Shown: positions 48,974-63,340, counted from the first letter of the stretch. The stretch: DNA of 64,000 nt from Eledone cirrhosa (GCA_964016885.1 OZ024743.1:212722001-212786000), one strand, 5' to 3'. Notes: a model not told the origin generated them from the letters alone. Program-made: numbers and translations.

Positions 48974-50505
48974 GAGTTTCTTTTATTTGCCACTAGGGCA
49001 TCAAAAGTGGGACAAGTACAAAGGGGGGAGTTTACACAAAAAGGCGTCCTCAATAAGGAGGAGGCAATAACAAAATATAAAAATAAAATAAGACATAACA
49101 AAAAATAAAATTTTTAACAAAATCCTCAATAGAGAGGAGGCGCCTTGGGGGGTCGCACACACCCCCGAAAAAAGTGTGCAACCCTTTTCCTCAGGAGCAC
49201 AGAGAGGGGGTGCTCCCTCGTTCCTTCCTCTTTTCCACCTACAGGCTTATGTAAAGAGAAGGCCCATTCACACGGGCCATTCTCGCCACTTTCACCCACC
49301 TTTCATAAAAACGACTGGGGTGCAGCACCTCTCTCTCCATCCTGATCCTTCTTCCGAAATGATATCGGAAGAAACGGACCAGTTGTTGGCCAGAGAGAAA
49401 GGTGCCTGACCTCAGTCCTTTCAGACGCGTCCACCATACAACCTCTTTCGCCATGGCTATTACGCACAGAAACACCGCCTCTGCTTCATCTTTGAAGGGG
49501 GGAGGCGGCTTGATCATTACAATAGACTCGGTGGTCAACCGGATCGGTCCCACCCTTGACAGCAGTTGTTCGACATAGCCCCACAGATCGGCTACGCCCG
49601 AGCAGTGTACCAATGCGTGTGCAACGGTTTCCTCGTCGCACACGCATCTGGGACAGATCTTTTTGGCGGGGTCCCTACCCGGGCGCCCGTGTCTGTAGAG
49701 CCTTTCTCGAACGGGTAAAGCCCCTCGGTAGCACTGCCAGGCCAGGGACTTCTGGAAGTTGTCCATAGGTCCCGGGCTGAATGTCCTACCGAACAGGCTG
49801 ACCAGTTCGTCCTCCTCCATGTCTAGGGCTTCTCCGAGGGCGTCGTCGCACCTGCTGCGTACCAGCCCTCTATAGAATGTTGCGGTGGAGTCTCCACTGA
49901 TAACCGGATCCGCCTGCCAGAGGGCGGTGAGCGCCTGGGCACACTCAGTGTGCCAGGCGCCCAGTTTTCTCGGTCTTTGCTTGACCCAGGATTGCAGCTC
50001 GGTGAGTGAGACGAGTCTGGGAAAGGTTCGTCTCACAAACGAGGCCCACACCGGTTGTCCGGTGAGGAATACGTAGAGGTGCCGTAGCCTTAATGCGTGT
50101 TTACGCATCATTAGCCACGGCATCCCCAGCCCTCCTTTCGAAGGGTGTTGACAGCAGATGGATCTCCTCACCATAGGAGCCCGCCTCTTCCAAAGGAATT
50201 GGAAGAGCGCGCGCTCCATCTTGGTGAGGGTTTCCCTTGGGCAGGGCACTACGGTCAGGCGGTAGTAGATGACGGACGCTATATAAGTGTTCGCCACCTC
50301 CGCCCGACCTTTCAGGGATAGTTTGCAACTGGCCCACTTCTGGGTCAGCGCAAACACCCTGTTCGTAACCTCCGCCCAGTTTTTCTCCACCTGGAGGTCC
50401 GGTCCGAACCAGACCCCGAGCAACTTCACCGGGCCCTCCGTCCAGCGTCCGACGACGCCATCAGAGGGCATCGGTCTGCCCCTCCACGTGCCGAGTTGCA
50501 AACCG
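48974..50505 (-). mobile_element. Tx1 copy H: 5'-truncated, open 420-aa ORF2 C-terminus
   Basis: Nearly identical in protein to copy G; short TSD AGAT (48970-48973 and 50506-50509), supported by an empty paralogous site near 53137. Confidence 0.96.
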
Positions 50506-53500
50506 AGATGGTTGAGACAGTAGTGTGGTCTACAGATGATTGAGACAGTAGAGTGGTCTATAGATGGTTGAGATAATAGAGTGGTCTATAGATGGTTGAG
50601 ACAATAGAGTGGTCTATAGATGGTTGAGACAGTAGAGTGGTCTACAGATGGTTGAGACAATAGAGTAGTCTATAAATGTTTGAGACAGTAGAGTGGTCTA
50701 TATATGGTTGAGACAGTAGAGTGGTCTACAGATGGTTGAGACAATAGAGTAGTCTATAAATGTTTGAGACAGTAGAGTGGTCTATAGATGGTTGAAGTAG
50801 TAGAGAGGTCTATAGATGGTTGAGACAGTAGAGTGCTTTATACATTGTCGAGACAATAGAGTGGTCAATAGATGGTTGAGACAGTAGAGTGGTCTATAGA
50901 TTGTTGAGACCGTAGAGTGGTCTATAGATGATTGAGACAGTAGAGTGGTCTATAGATGATTGAGACAATAGAGTGGTCTATAGATGGTTGAGACAATAGA
51001 GTAGTCTATAGGTCGTTGAGACAATAGAGTAGTCTATAGATAGCTGAGACAGTAAAGTGGTCTATAGATGGTTGAGACAGTAGAGTGGTCTATAGATGGT
51101 TGAGACAGTAGAGTGGTCTATAGATGGTTGAGACAGTAGAGTGGTCTATAGATGGTTGAGACAGTAGAGTGGTCTATAGATGGTTGAGACATTAGAGTGG
51201 TCTATAGATGGTTGAGACAGTAGAGTGGTATATAGATTGTTGAGACCGTAGAGTGGTCTATAGATGATTGAGACAGTAGAGTGTTCTATAGATGATTGAG
51301 ACAATAGAGTGGTCTATAGATGGTTGAGACAATAGAGTGGTCTATAGATCGTCGAAGTAGTAGAGTGGTCTATAGATGGTTGAGACAGTAGAGTGGTCTA
51401 TAGATGGTTGAGACAGTAGAGTGGTCTATAGATGGTTGAGACAGTAGAGTGGTCTATAGATTGTTGAGACCGTAGAGTGGTCTATAGATGATTGAGACAG
51501 TAGAGTGGTCTATAGATGATTGAGACAATAGAGTGGTCTATAGATGGTGGAGACAATAGAGTGGTCTATAGATGGATGAAGTAGTAGAGTGGTCTATAGA
51601 TGGTTGAAACGGTAGAGTGGTCTATAGATGGTTGAGACATTAGAGTGGTCTATATATGGTTGAGACAATAGAGTGGTCTATAGATGGTTTAGACAGTAGA
51701 ATGGTCAATAGATGGTTGAAGTAGTAGAGTGGTCTATAGATGGTTGAGACAGTAGAGTGGTCTATAGATGGTTGAGACAGTAGAATGGTCAATAGATGGT
51801 TGAAGTAGTAGAGTGGTCTATAGATGGTTGAGACAGTAGAGTGGTCTATAGATGGTTGAGACAGTAGAGTGGTCTATAGATGGTTGAGACAATAGAGTGG
51901 TCTATAGATGGTTGAGACAGTAGAATGGTCAATAGATGGTTGAAGTAGTAGAGTGGTCTATAGATGGTTGAGACAGTAGAGTGGTCTATAGATGGTTGAG
52001 ACAAAAGAGTGGTCTGTAGATCGTTGAAGTAGTAGAGTGGTATATTGATGGTTGAGACAATCGAGTGGTCTATAGATGGTTGAGACAGTAGAGTGGTCTA
52101 TAGATGGTTGAGACAATAGAGTGGTGGATAGATGGTTGAGACAACAGAGTGGTCTATAGATGGTTGAGACAATAGAGTGGTATATAGATGGTTGAGACAG
52201 TAGAGTGGTCTATAGATGGTTAAGACAGTAGAGTGGTCTATAGATGGTTGAGACAATAGAGTGGTCTATAGATCGTCGAAGTAGTAGAGTGGTCTATAGA
52301 TGGTTGAGACAGTAGAGTGGTCTATAGGTGGTTGAGACAGTAGAGTGGTCTATAGATGGTTGAGACAGTAGAGTGGTCTATAGATGGTTGAGACAGTAGA
52401 GTGGTCTATAGATGGTTGAGAAAATAGAGTGGTCTATAGATGTTTGAGACAGTAGAGTGGTCTATAGATGGTTGTGACAATAGAGTGGTATATAGATGGT
52501 TGAGACATAGAGTGGTCTATACATGGTTGAGACAGTAGAGTGGTCTATAGATGGTTGAGACATTAGAGTGGTCTATAGATGGTTGAGACACTAGAGTGGT
52601 CTATAGATTGTTGAGACATTAGAGTGGTCTATAGCTGGTTGAGACAATAGAGTGGTCTATAGTTGGTTGAGACAATACAGTGGTCTATATATAGTTTAGA
52701 CAATAGAGTGGTCTATAGATGGTTGAAGTAGTAGAGTGGTCTATATATGGTTGAGACAGTAGAGTGGTCTATAGATGGTTGAGAGAGTAGAGTGGTCTAT
52801 AGATGGTTGAGACAATAGAGTGGTCTATAGATGGTTGAGACAATAGAGTGGTCTATAGATGGTTGAAGTATTAGAGTGGTCTATAGATGGTTGAGACAGT
52901 AGAGTGGTCTATAGATGGTTGAGACAATAGAGTGGTCTATAGACGGTTGAGACAATAGAGTGGTCCATATATGGTTGAGACAGTAGAGTGGTCTATAGAT
53001 GGTTGAGACAGTAGAGTGGTCTATAGATGGTTGAGACAGTAGAGTGGTCTATAGATGATTGAGACAGTAGAGTGGTCTATAGATGGTTGAGACAGTAGAG
53101 TGGTCTATAGATGGTTGAGACATTAGAGTGGTCTATAGATGGTTGAGACAGTAGTGTGGTCTACAGATGATTGAGACAGTAGAGTGGTCTATAGATGGTT
53201 GAGATAATAGAGTGGTCTATAGATGGTTGAGACAATAGAGTGGTCTATAGATGGTTGAGACAGTAGAGTGGTCTACAGATGGTTGAGACAATAGAGTAGT
53301 CTATAAATGTTTGAGACAGTAGAGTGGTCTATATATGGTTGAGACAGTAGAGTGGTCTACAGATGGTTGAGACAATAGAGTAGTCTATAAATGTTTGAGC
53401 CAGTAGAGTGGTCTATAGATGGTTGAAGTAGTAGAGAGGTCTATAGATGGTTGAGACAGTAGAGTGCTTTATACATTGTCGAGACAATAGAGTGGTCTAT

Positions 53501-56500
53501 AGATGGTTGAGACAGTAGAGTGGTCTATAGATTGTTGAGACCGTAGAGTGGTCTATAGATGATTGAGACAGTAGAGTGGTCTATAGATGATTGAGACAAT
53601 AGAGTGGTCTATAGATGGTTGAGACAATAGAGTAGTCTATAGGTCGTTGAGACAATAGAGTAGTCTATAGATAGCTGAGACAGTAAAGTGGTCTATAGAT
53701 GGTTGAGACAGTAGAGTGGTCTATAGATGGTTGAGACAGTAGAGTGGTCTATAGATGGTTGAGACAGTAGAGTGGTCTATAGATGGTTGAGACATTAGAG
53801 TGGTCTATAGATGGTTGAGACAGTAGAGTGGTCTATAGATTGTTGAGACCGTAGAGTGGTCTATAGATGATTGAGACAGTAGAGTGTTCTATAGATGATT
53901 GAGACAATAGAGTGGTCTATAGATGGTGGAGACAATAGAGTGGTCTATAGATGGATGAAGTAGTAGAGTGGTCTATAGATGGTTGAAACGGTAGAGTGGT
54001 CTATAGATGGTTGAGACATTAGAGTGGTCTATATATGGTTGAGACAATAGAGTGGTCTATAGATGGTTTAGACAGTAGAATGGTCAATAGATGGTTGAAG
54101 TAGTAGAGTGGTCTATAGATGGTTGAGACAGTAGAGTGGTCTATAGATGGTTGAGACAGTAGAATGGTCAATAGATGGTTGAAGTAGTAGAGTGGTCTAT
54201 AGATGGTTGAGACAGTAGAGTGGTCTATAGATGGTTGAGACAGTAGAGTGGTCTATAGATGGTTGAGACAATAGAGTGGTCTATAGATGGTTGAGACAGT
54301 AGAATGGTCAATAGATGGTTGAAGTAGTAGAGTGGTCTATAGATGGTTGAGACAGTAGAGTGGTCTATAGATGGTTGAGACAATAGAGTGGTCTGTAGAT
54401 CGTTGAAGTAGTAGAGTGGTATATTGATGGTTGAGACAATCGAGTGGTCTATAGATGGTTGAGACAGTAGAGTGGTCTATAGATGGTTGAGACAATAGAG
54501 TGGTGAATAGATGGTTGAGACAACAGAGTGGTCTATAGATGGTTGAGACAATAGAGTGGTATATAGATGGTTGAGACAGTAGAGTGGTCTATAGATGGTT
54601 AAGACAGTAGAGTGGTCTATAGATGGTTGAGACAATAGAGTGGTCTATAGATCGTCGAAGTAGTAGAGTGGTCTATAGATGCTTGAGACAGTAGAGTGGT
54701 CTATAGATGGTTGAGACAGTAGAGTGGTCTATAGATGGTTGAGACAGTAGAGTGGTCTATAGATGGTTGAGACAGTAGAGTGGTCTATAGATTGTTGAGA
54801 CCGTAGAGTGGTCTATAGATGATTGAGACAGTAGAGTGGTCTATAGATGATTGAGACAATAGAGTGGTCTATAGATGGTGGAGACAATAGAGTGGTCTAT
54901 AGATGGTTGATGTAGTAGAGTGGTCTATAGATGGTTGAAACGGTAGAGTGGTCTATAGATGGTTGAGACATTAGAATGGTCTATATATGGTTGAGACAAT
55001 AGAGTGGTCTATAGATGGTTTAGACAGTAGAATGGTCAATAGATGGTTGAAGTAGTAGAGTGGTCTATAGATGGTTGAGACAGTAGAGTGGTCTATAGAT
55101 GGTTGAGACAGTAGAATGGTCAATAGATGGTTGAAGTAGTAGAGTGGTCTATAGATGGTTGAGACAGTAGAGTGGTCTATAGATGGTTGAGACAGTAGAG
55201 TGGTCTATAGATGGTTGAGACAATAGAGTGGTCTATAGATGGTTGAGACAGTAGAATGGTCAATAGATGGTTGAAGTAGTAGAGTGGTCTATAGATGGTT
55301 GAGACAGTAGAGTGGTCTATAGATGGTTGAGACAAAAGAGTGGTCTGTAGATCGTTGAAGTAGTAGAGTGGTATATTGATGGTTGAGACAATCGAGTGGT
55401 CTATAGATGGTTGAGACAGTAGAGTGGTCTATAGATGGTTGAGACAATAGAGTGGTGAATAGATGGTTGAGACAACAGAGTGGTCTATAGATGGTTGAGA
55501 CAATAGAGTGGTATATAGATGGTTGAGACAGTAGAGTGGTCTATAGATGGTTAAGACAGTAGAGTGGTCTATAGATGGTTGAGACAATAGAGTGGTCTAT
55601 AGATCGTCGAAGTAGTAGAGTGGTCTATAGATGGTTGAGACAGTAGAGTGGTCTATAGATGGTTGAGACAGTAGAGTGGTCTATAGATGGTTGAGACAGT
55701 AGAGTGGTCTATAGATGGTTGAGACAGTAGAGTGGTCTATAGATGGTTGAGAAAATAGAGTGGTCTATAGATGTTTGAGACAGTAGAGTGGTCTATAGAT
55801 GGTTGTGACAATAGAGTGGTATATAGATGGTTGAGACATAGAGTGGTCTATACATGGTTGAGACAGTAGAGTGGTCTATAGATGGTTGAGACATTAGAGT
55901 GGTCTATAGATGGTTGAGACACTAGAGTGGTCTATAGATTGTTGAGACATTAGAGTGGTCTATAGCTGGTTGAGACAATAGAGTGGTCTATAGTTGGTTG
56001 AGACAATACAGTGGTCTATATATAGTTTAGACAATAGAGTGGTCTATAGATGGTTGAAGTAGTAGAGTGGTCTATATATGGTTGAGACAGTAGAGTGGTC
56101 TATAGATGGTTGAGAGAGTAGAGTGGTCTATAGATGGTTGAGACAATAGAGTGGTCTATAGATGGTTGAGACAATAGAGTGGTCTATAGACGGTTGAGAC
56201 AATAGAGTGGTCTATAGATGGTTGAGACAGTAGAGTGGTCTATAGATGGTTGAGACAGTAGAGTGGTCTATAGATGATTGAGACAGTAGAGTGGTCTATA
56301 GATGGTTGAGACAGTAGAGTGGTCTATAGATGGTTGAGACATTAGAGTGGTCTATAGATGGTTGAGACAGTAGTGTGGTCTATAGATGGTTGAGATAATA
56401 GAGTGGTCTATAGATGGTTGAGACAATAGAGTGGTCTATAGATGGTTGAGACAGTAGAGAGGTCTACAGATGGTTGAGACAATAGAGTAGTCTATAGATG

Positions 56501-59500
56501 GTTGAGACAGTAGAGAGGTCTACAGATGGTTGAGACAATAGAGTAGTCTATAAATGTTTGAGACAGTAGAGTGGTCTATATATGGTTGAGACAGTAGAGT
56601 GGTCTACAGATGGTTGAGACAATAGAGTAGTCTATAAATGTTTGAGACAGTAGAGTGGTCTATAGATGGTTGAAGTAGTAGAGAGGTCTATAGATGGTTG
56701 AGACAGTAGAGTGCTTTATACATTGTCGAGACAATAGAGTGGTCTATAGATGGTTGAGACAGTAGAGTGGTCTATAGATTGTTGAGACCGTAGAGTGGTC
56801 TATAGATGATTGAGACAGTAGAGTGGTCTATAGATGATTGAGACAATAGAGTGGTCTATAGATGGTTGAGACAATAGAGTAGTCTATAGGTCGTTGAGAC
56901 AATAGAGTAGTCTATAGATAGCTGAGACAGTAAAGTGGTCTATAGATGGTTGAGACAGTAGAGTGGTCTATAGATGGTTGAGACAGTAGAGTGGTCTATA
57001 GATGGTTGAGACAGTAGAGTGGTCTATAGATGGTTGAGACAGTAGAGTGGTCTATAGATGGTTGAGACATTAGAGTGGTCTATAGATGGTTGTGACAGTA
57101 GAGTGGTCTATAGATTGTTGAGACCGTAGAGTGGTCTATAGATGATTGAGACAGTAGAGTGTTCTATAGATGATTGAGACAATAGAGTGGTCTATAGATG
57201 GTGGAGACAATAGAGTGGTCTATAGATGGATGAAGTAGTAGAGTGGTCTATGGATGGTTGAAACGGTAGAGTGGTCTATAGATGGTTGAGACATTAGAGT
57301 GGTCTATATAAGGTTGAGACAATAGAGTGGTCTATAGATGGTTTAGACAGTAGAATGGTCAATAGATGGTTGAAGCAGTAGAGTGGTCTATAGATGGTTG
57401 AGACAGTAGAGTGGTCTATAGATGGTTGAGACAGTAGAATGGTCAATATATGGTTGAAGTAGTAGAGTGGTCTATAGATGGTTGAGACAGTAGAGTGGTC
57501 TATAGATGGTTGAGACAGTAGAGTGGTCTATAGATGGTTGAGACAATAGAGTGGTCTATAGATGGTTGAGACAGTAGAATGGTCAATAGATGGTTGAAGT
57601 AGTAGAGTGGTCTATAGATGGTTGAGACAGTAGAGTGGTCTATAGATGGTTGAGACAATAGAGTGGTCTGTAGATCGTTGAAGTAGTAGAGTGGTATATT
57701 GATGGTTGAGACAATCGAGTGGTCTATAGATGGTTGAGACAGTAGAGTGGTCTATAGATGGTTGAGACAATAGAGTGGTGAATAGATGGTTGAGACAACA
57801 GAGTGGTCTATAGATGGTTGAGACAATAGAGTGGTATATAGATGGTTGAGACAGTAGAGTGGTCTATAGATGGTTAAGACAGTAGAGTGGTCTATAGATG
57901 GTTGAGACAATAGAGTGGTCTATAGATCGTCGAAGTAGTAGAGTGGTCTATAGATGGTTGAGACAGTAGAGTGGTCTATAGATGGTTGAGACAGTAGAGT
58001 GGTCTATAGATGGTTGAGACAGTAGAGTGGTCTATAGATGGTTGAGACAGTAGAGTGGTCTATAGATTGTTGAGACCGTAGAGTGGTCTATAGATGATTG
58101 AGACAGTAGAGTGGTCTATAGATGATTGAGACAATAGAGTGGTCTATAGATGGTGGAGACAATAGAGTGGTCTATAGATGGATGATGTAGTAGAGTGGTC
58201 TATAGATGGTTGAAACGGTAGAGTGGTCTATAGATGGTTGAGACATTAGAGTGGTCTATATATGGTTGAGACAATAGAGTGGTCTATAGATGGTTTAGAC
58301 AGTAGAATGGTCAATAGATGGTTGAAGTAGTAGAGTGGTCTATAGATGGTTGAGACAGTAGAGTGGTCTATAGATGGTTGAGACAGTAGAATGGTCAATA
58401 GATGGTTGAAGTAGTAGAGTGGTCTATAGATGGTTGAGACAGTAGAGTGGTCTATAGATGGTTGAGACAGTAGAGTGGTCTATAGATGGTTGAGACAATA
58501 GAGTGGTCTATAGATGGTTGAGATAGTAGAATGGTCAATAGATGGTTGAAGTAGTAGAGTGGTCTATAGATGGTTGAGACAGTAGAGTGGTCTATAGATG
58601 GTTGAGACAAAAGAGTGGTCTGTAGATCGTTGAAGTAGTAGAGTGGTATATTGATGGTTGAGACAATCGAGTGGTCTATAGATGGTTGAGACAGTAGAGT
58701 GGTCTATAGATGGTTGAGACAATAGAGTGGTGAATAGATGGTTGAGACAACAGAGTGGTCTATAGATGGTTGAGACAATAGAGTGGTATATAGATGGTTG
58801 AGACAGTAGAGTGGTCTATAGATGGTTAAGACAGTAGAGTGGTCTATAGATGGTTGAGACAATAGAGTGGTCTATAGATCGTCGAAGTAGTAGAGTGGTC
58901 TATAGATGGTTGAGACAGTAGAGTGGTCTATAGATGGTTGAGACAGTAGAGTGGTCTATAGATGGTTGAGACAGTAGAGTGGTCTATAGATGGTTGAGAC
59001 AGTAGAGTGGTCTATAGATGGTTGAGAAAATAGAGTGGTCTATAGATGTTTGAGACAGTAGAGTGGTCTATAGATGGTTGTGACAATAGAGTGGTATATA
59101 GATGGTTGAGACATTAGAGTGGTCTATAGATGGTTGAGACACTAGAGTGGTCTATAGATTGTTGAGACATTAGAGTGGTCTAAAGCTGGTTGAGACAATA
59201 GAGTGGTCTATAGTTGGTTGAGACAATACAGTGGTCTATATATAGTTTAGACAATAGAGTGGTCTATAGATGGTTGAAGTAGTAGAGTGGTCTATATATG
59301 GTTGAGACAGTAGAGTGGTCTATAGATGGTTGAGAGAGTAGAGTGGTCTATAGATGGTTGAGACAATAGAGTGGTCTATAGATGGTTGAGACAATAGAGT
59401 GGTCTATAGACGGTTGAGACAATAGAGTGGTCTATAGATGGTTGAGACAGTAGAGTGGTCTATAGATGGTTGAGACAGTAGAGTGCTCTATAGATGATTG

Positions 59501-60760
59501 AGACAGTAGAGTGGTCTATAGATGGTTGAGACAGTAGAGTGGTCTATAGATGGTTGAGACATTAGAGTGGTCTATAGATGGTTGAGACAGTAGTGTGGTC
59601 TATAGATGGTTGAGATAATAGAGTGGTCTATAGATGGTTGAGACAATAGAGTGGTCTATAGATGGTTGAGACAGTAGAGAGGTCTACAGATGGTTGAGAC
59701 AATAGAGTAGTCTATAGATGGTTGAGACAGTAGAGAGGTCTACAGATGGTTGAGACAATAGAGTAGTCTATAAATGTTTGAGACAGTAGAGTGGTCTATA
59801 TATGGTTGAGACAGTAGAGTGGTCTACAGATGGTTGAGACAATAGAGTAGTCTATAAATGTTTGAGACAGTAGAGTGGTCTATAGATGGTTGAAGTAGTA
59901 GAGAGGTCTATAGATGGTTGAGACAGTAGAGTGCTTTATACATTGTCGAGACAATAGAGTGGTCTATAGATGGTTGAGACAGTAGAGTGGTCTATAGATT
60001 GTTGAGACCGTAGAGTGGTCTATAGATGATTGAGACAGTAGAGTGGTCTATAGATGATTGAGACAATAGAGTGGTCTATAGATGGTTGAGACAATAGAGT
60101 AGTCTATAGGTCGTTGAGACAATAGAGTAGTCTATAGATAGCTGAGACAGTAAAGTGGTCTATAGATGGTTGAGACAGTAGAGTGGTCTATAGATGGTTG
60201 AGACAGTAGAGTGGTCTATAGATGGTTGAGACAGTAGAGTGGTCTATAGATGGTTGAGACAGTAGAGTGGTCTATAGATGGTTGAGACATTAGAGTGGTC
60301 TATAGATGGTTAAGACAGTAGAGTGGTCTATAGATTGTTGAGACCGTAGAGTGGTCTATAGATGATTGAGACAGTAGAGTGTTCTATAGATGATTGAGAC
60401 AATAGAGTGGTCTATAGATGGTGGAGACAATAGAGTGGTCTATAGATGGATGAAGTAGTAGAGTGGTCTATGGATGGTTGAAACGGTAGAGTGGTCTATA
60501 GATGGTTGAGACATTAGAGTGGTCTATATATGGTTGAGACAATAGAGTGGTCTATAGATGGTTTAGACAGTAGAATGGTCAATAGATGGTTGAAGCAGTA
60601 GAGTGGTCTATAGATGGTTGAGACAGTAGAGTGGTCTATAGATGGTTGAGACAGTAGAATGGTCAATAGATGGTTGAAGTAGTAGAGTGGTCTATAGATG
60701 GTTGAGACAGTAGAGTGGTCTATAGATGGTTGAGACAGTAGAGTGGTCTATAGATGGTTG
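50506..60760. repeat. Second higher-order repeat family with variable unit length
   Basis: Landmark GAGTGCTTTATACATTGTCG at 50831, 53462, 56709 and 59929 (spacings 2631, 3247, 3220; about 94, 116 and 115 monomers). Confidence 0.9.
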
Positions 60761-63167
60761 AGACAATTGAGTGGTCTATAGATGGTTGAGACAGTAGAGT
60801 GGTCTATAGCTGGTTGACACAGTAGAGTGGTCTATAGATGGTTGAGACAGTAGGGTGGTCTATAGATGGTTGAAGTAGTAGAGAGGTCTATAGATGGTTG
60901 AGATAGTAGAGTGGTCTATAGCTGGTTGAGACAGTAGAGTGGTCTATAGATGGTTGAGACAGTAGCGTAGTCTATAGATGGTTGAGACAGTAGAGTGGTC
61001 TATAGATGGTTGAGACAGTAGAGTGGTCTATAGATGGTTGAGACAGTAGGGTGGTCTATAGATGGTTGAAGTAGTAGAGAGGTCTATAGATGGTTGAGAT
61101 AGTAGAGTGGTCTATAGCTGGTTGAGACAGTAGAGTGGTCTATAGATGGTTGAGACAGTAGCGTAGTCTATAGATGGTTGAGACAGTAGAGTGGTCTATA
61201 GATGGTTGAGACAATAGAGTGGTCTATAGTAGGTTGAGACAATAGAGTGGTCTATAGATGGTTGATACAGTAGAGTGTTCTATAGATGGTTGAGACAGTA
61301 GAGTGGTCTATAGCTGGTTGAGACAGTAGAGTGGTCTATAGATGGTTGAGACAGTAGAGTAGTCTATAGATGGTTGAGACAGTAGAGTGGTCTATAGATG
61401 GTTGAGACAGTAGAGTGGTCTATAGCTGGTTGAGACAGTAGAGTGGTCTATAGATGGTTGAGACAATAGAGTGGTCTATAAATGGTTGAGACAGTAGAGT
61501 GGTCTATACATGGTTGAGACAGTAGAGTGGTCTATAGATGGTTGAGACAGTAGAGTAGTCTATAGATGGTTGAGACAGTAGAGTGGTCTATAGATGGTTG
61601 AGACAATAGAGTGGTCTATAGATGGTTGATACAGTAGAGTGGTCTATAGATGGTTGAGACAATAGAGTGGTCTATAGATGGTTGATACAGTAGAGTGGTC
61701 TATAGATGGTTGAGACAATAGAGTGGTCTATAGATGGTTGAGACAGTAGCGTAGTCTATAGATGGTTGAGACAGTAGAGTGGTCTATAGATGGTTGAGAC
61801 AGTAGAGTGGTCTATAGATGGTTGAGACAGTAGGGTGGTCTATAGATGGTTGAAGTAGTAGAGAGGTCTATAGATGGTTGAGATAGTAGAGTGGTCTATA
61901 GCTGGTTGAGACAGTAGAGTGGTCTATAGATGGTTGAGACAGTAGCGTAGTCTATAGATGGTTGAGACAGTAGAGTGGTCTATAGATGGTTGAGACAATA
62001 GAGTGGTCTATAGTAGGTTGAGACAATAGAGTGGTTTATAGATGGTTGATACAGTAGAGTGTTCTATAGATGGTTGAGACAGTAGAGTGGTCTATAGCTG
62101 GTTGAGACAGTAGAGTGGTCTATAGATGGTTGAGACAGTAGAGTAGTCTATAGATGGTTGAGACAGTAGAGTGGTCTATAGATGGTTGAGACAGTAGAGT
62201 GGTCTATAGCTGGTTGAGACAGTAGAGTGGTCTATAGATGGTTGAGACAATAGAGTGGTCTATAAATGGTTGAGACAGTAGAGTGGTCTATACATGGTTG
62301 AGACAGTAGAGTGGTCTATAGATGGTTGAGACAGTAGAGTAGTCTATAGATGGTTGAGACAGTAGAGTGGTCTATAGATGGTTGAGACAATAGAGTGGTC
62401 TATAGATGGTTGATACAGTAGAGTGGTCTATAGATGGTTGAGACAATAGAGTGGTCTATAGATGGTTGAGACAGTAGAGTGTTCTATAGATGGTTGAGAC
62501 AGTAGAGTGGTCTATAGATGGTTGAGACAATAGAGTGGTCTATAGATGGTTGAGACAGTAGAGTGGTCTATAGATGGTTGAGACAATAGAGTGCTCTATA
62601 GATGGTTGAGACAGTAGAGTGGTCTATAGATGGTTGAGACAGTAGAGTGGTCTATAGATGGTTGAGACAATAGAGTGGTCTATAGATGGTTGATACAGTA
62701 GAGTGTTCTACAGATGGTTGAGACAGTAGAGTGGTCTATAGCTTGTTGAGACAGTAGAGTGGTCTATAGATGGTTGAGACATTAGAGTAGTCTATAGATG
62801 GTTGAGACATTAGAGTGGTCTATAAATGGTTGAGACATGAGAGTGGTGTATACGGGATATGGTAGAACCTGTAGCGGTGGAGACACCCTGCTTTCTTGGC
62901 CACCGGACCACATCCCTATTCACTGTTATCGGAGCGGAATTGGCCGCCCGCAGGTGCGAGCCCCACGAGGTGGATTAGCTGTTATAGCGGATATCCCTCA
63001 TCGTACTCTGGGGCAATGCATTCCTTATCCTGTTGGCCGGGTCCAGAGGTGCGGGCGGGGCGGGGGGGGGGGGGGTAATTAGTTGATAGTGGAGGATACT
63101 TGTTCGGATGTCACTTTCACACATGCATCGAATGTCTTTTTAACTGTTGTATAAAAAATTGTTCCTT

Positions 63168-63340
63168 CCTTTGGCACAAGGCCACCAATTATTCCAGTGT
63201 ATTACTGGTACTTTATTTTATCGACACCGTAAGGATGAAAGGCACAGTTAACCTCGGCGGGATTTGAACTCAGACCATAAAGAGCCGTAACTCTTTGTTG
63301 CATAGCATGGCGTCCGACCCTCTAGCGATACTGCCAATAT
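63168..63340 (-). mobile_element. tRNA-type SINE
   Basis: Family core and B-box-like motif on the reverse strand; similar to 9640-9815. Confidence 0.82.

Larger units (their letters stand above)
19620..62852. repeat. 28-bp tandem satellite array, consensus GAGACAGTAGAGTGGTCTATAGATGGTT, interrupted by four retrotransposon pieces
   Basis: Direct reading. Main variants GAGACAA, GAAGTAG, GAGACAT and ATAGCT. About 37 kb of satellite after subtracting inserts, so roughly 1,300 monomers. Confidence 0.99.

Noticed and set aside
19620-62852. CRISPR-like array (28-bp repeats with a palindromic core)
   Set aside because: Monomers are head-to-tail with no unique spacers, there are no cas genes, and the context is a eukaryotic intron.
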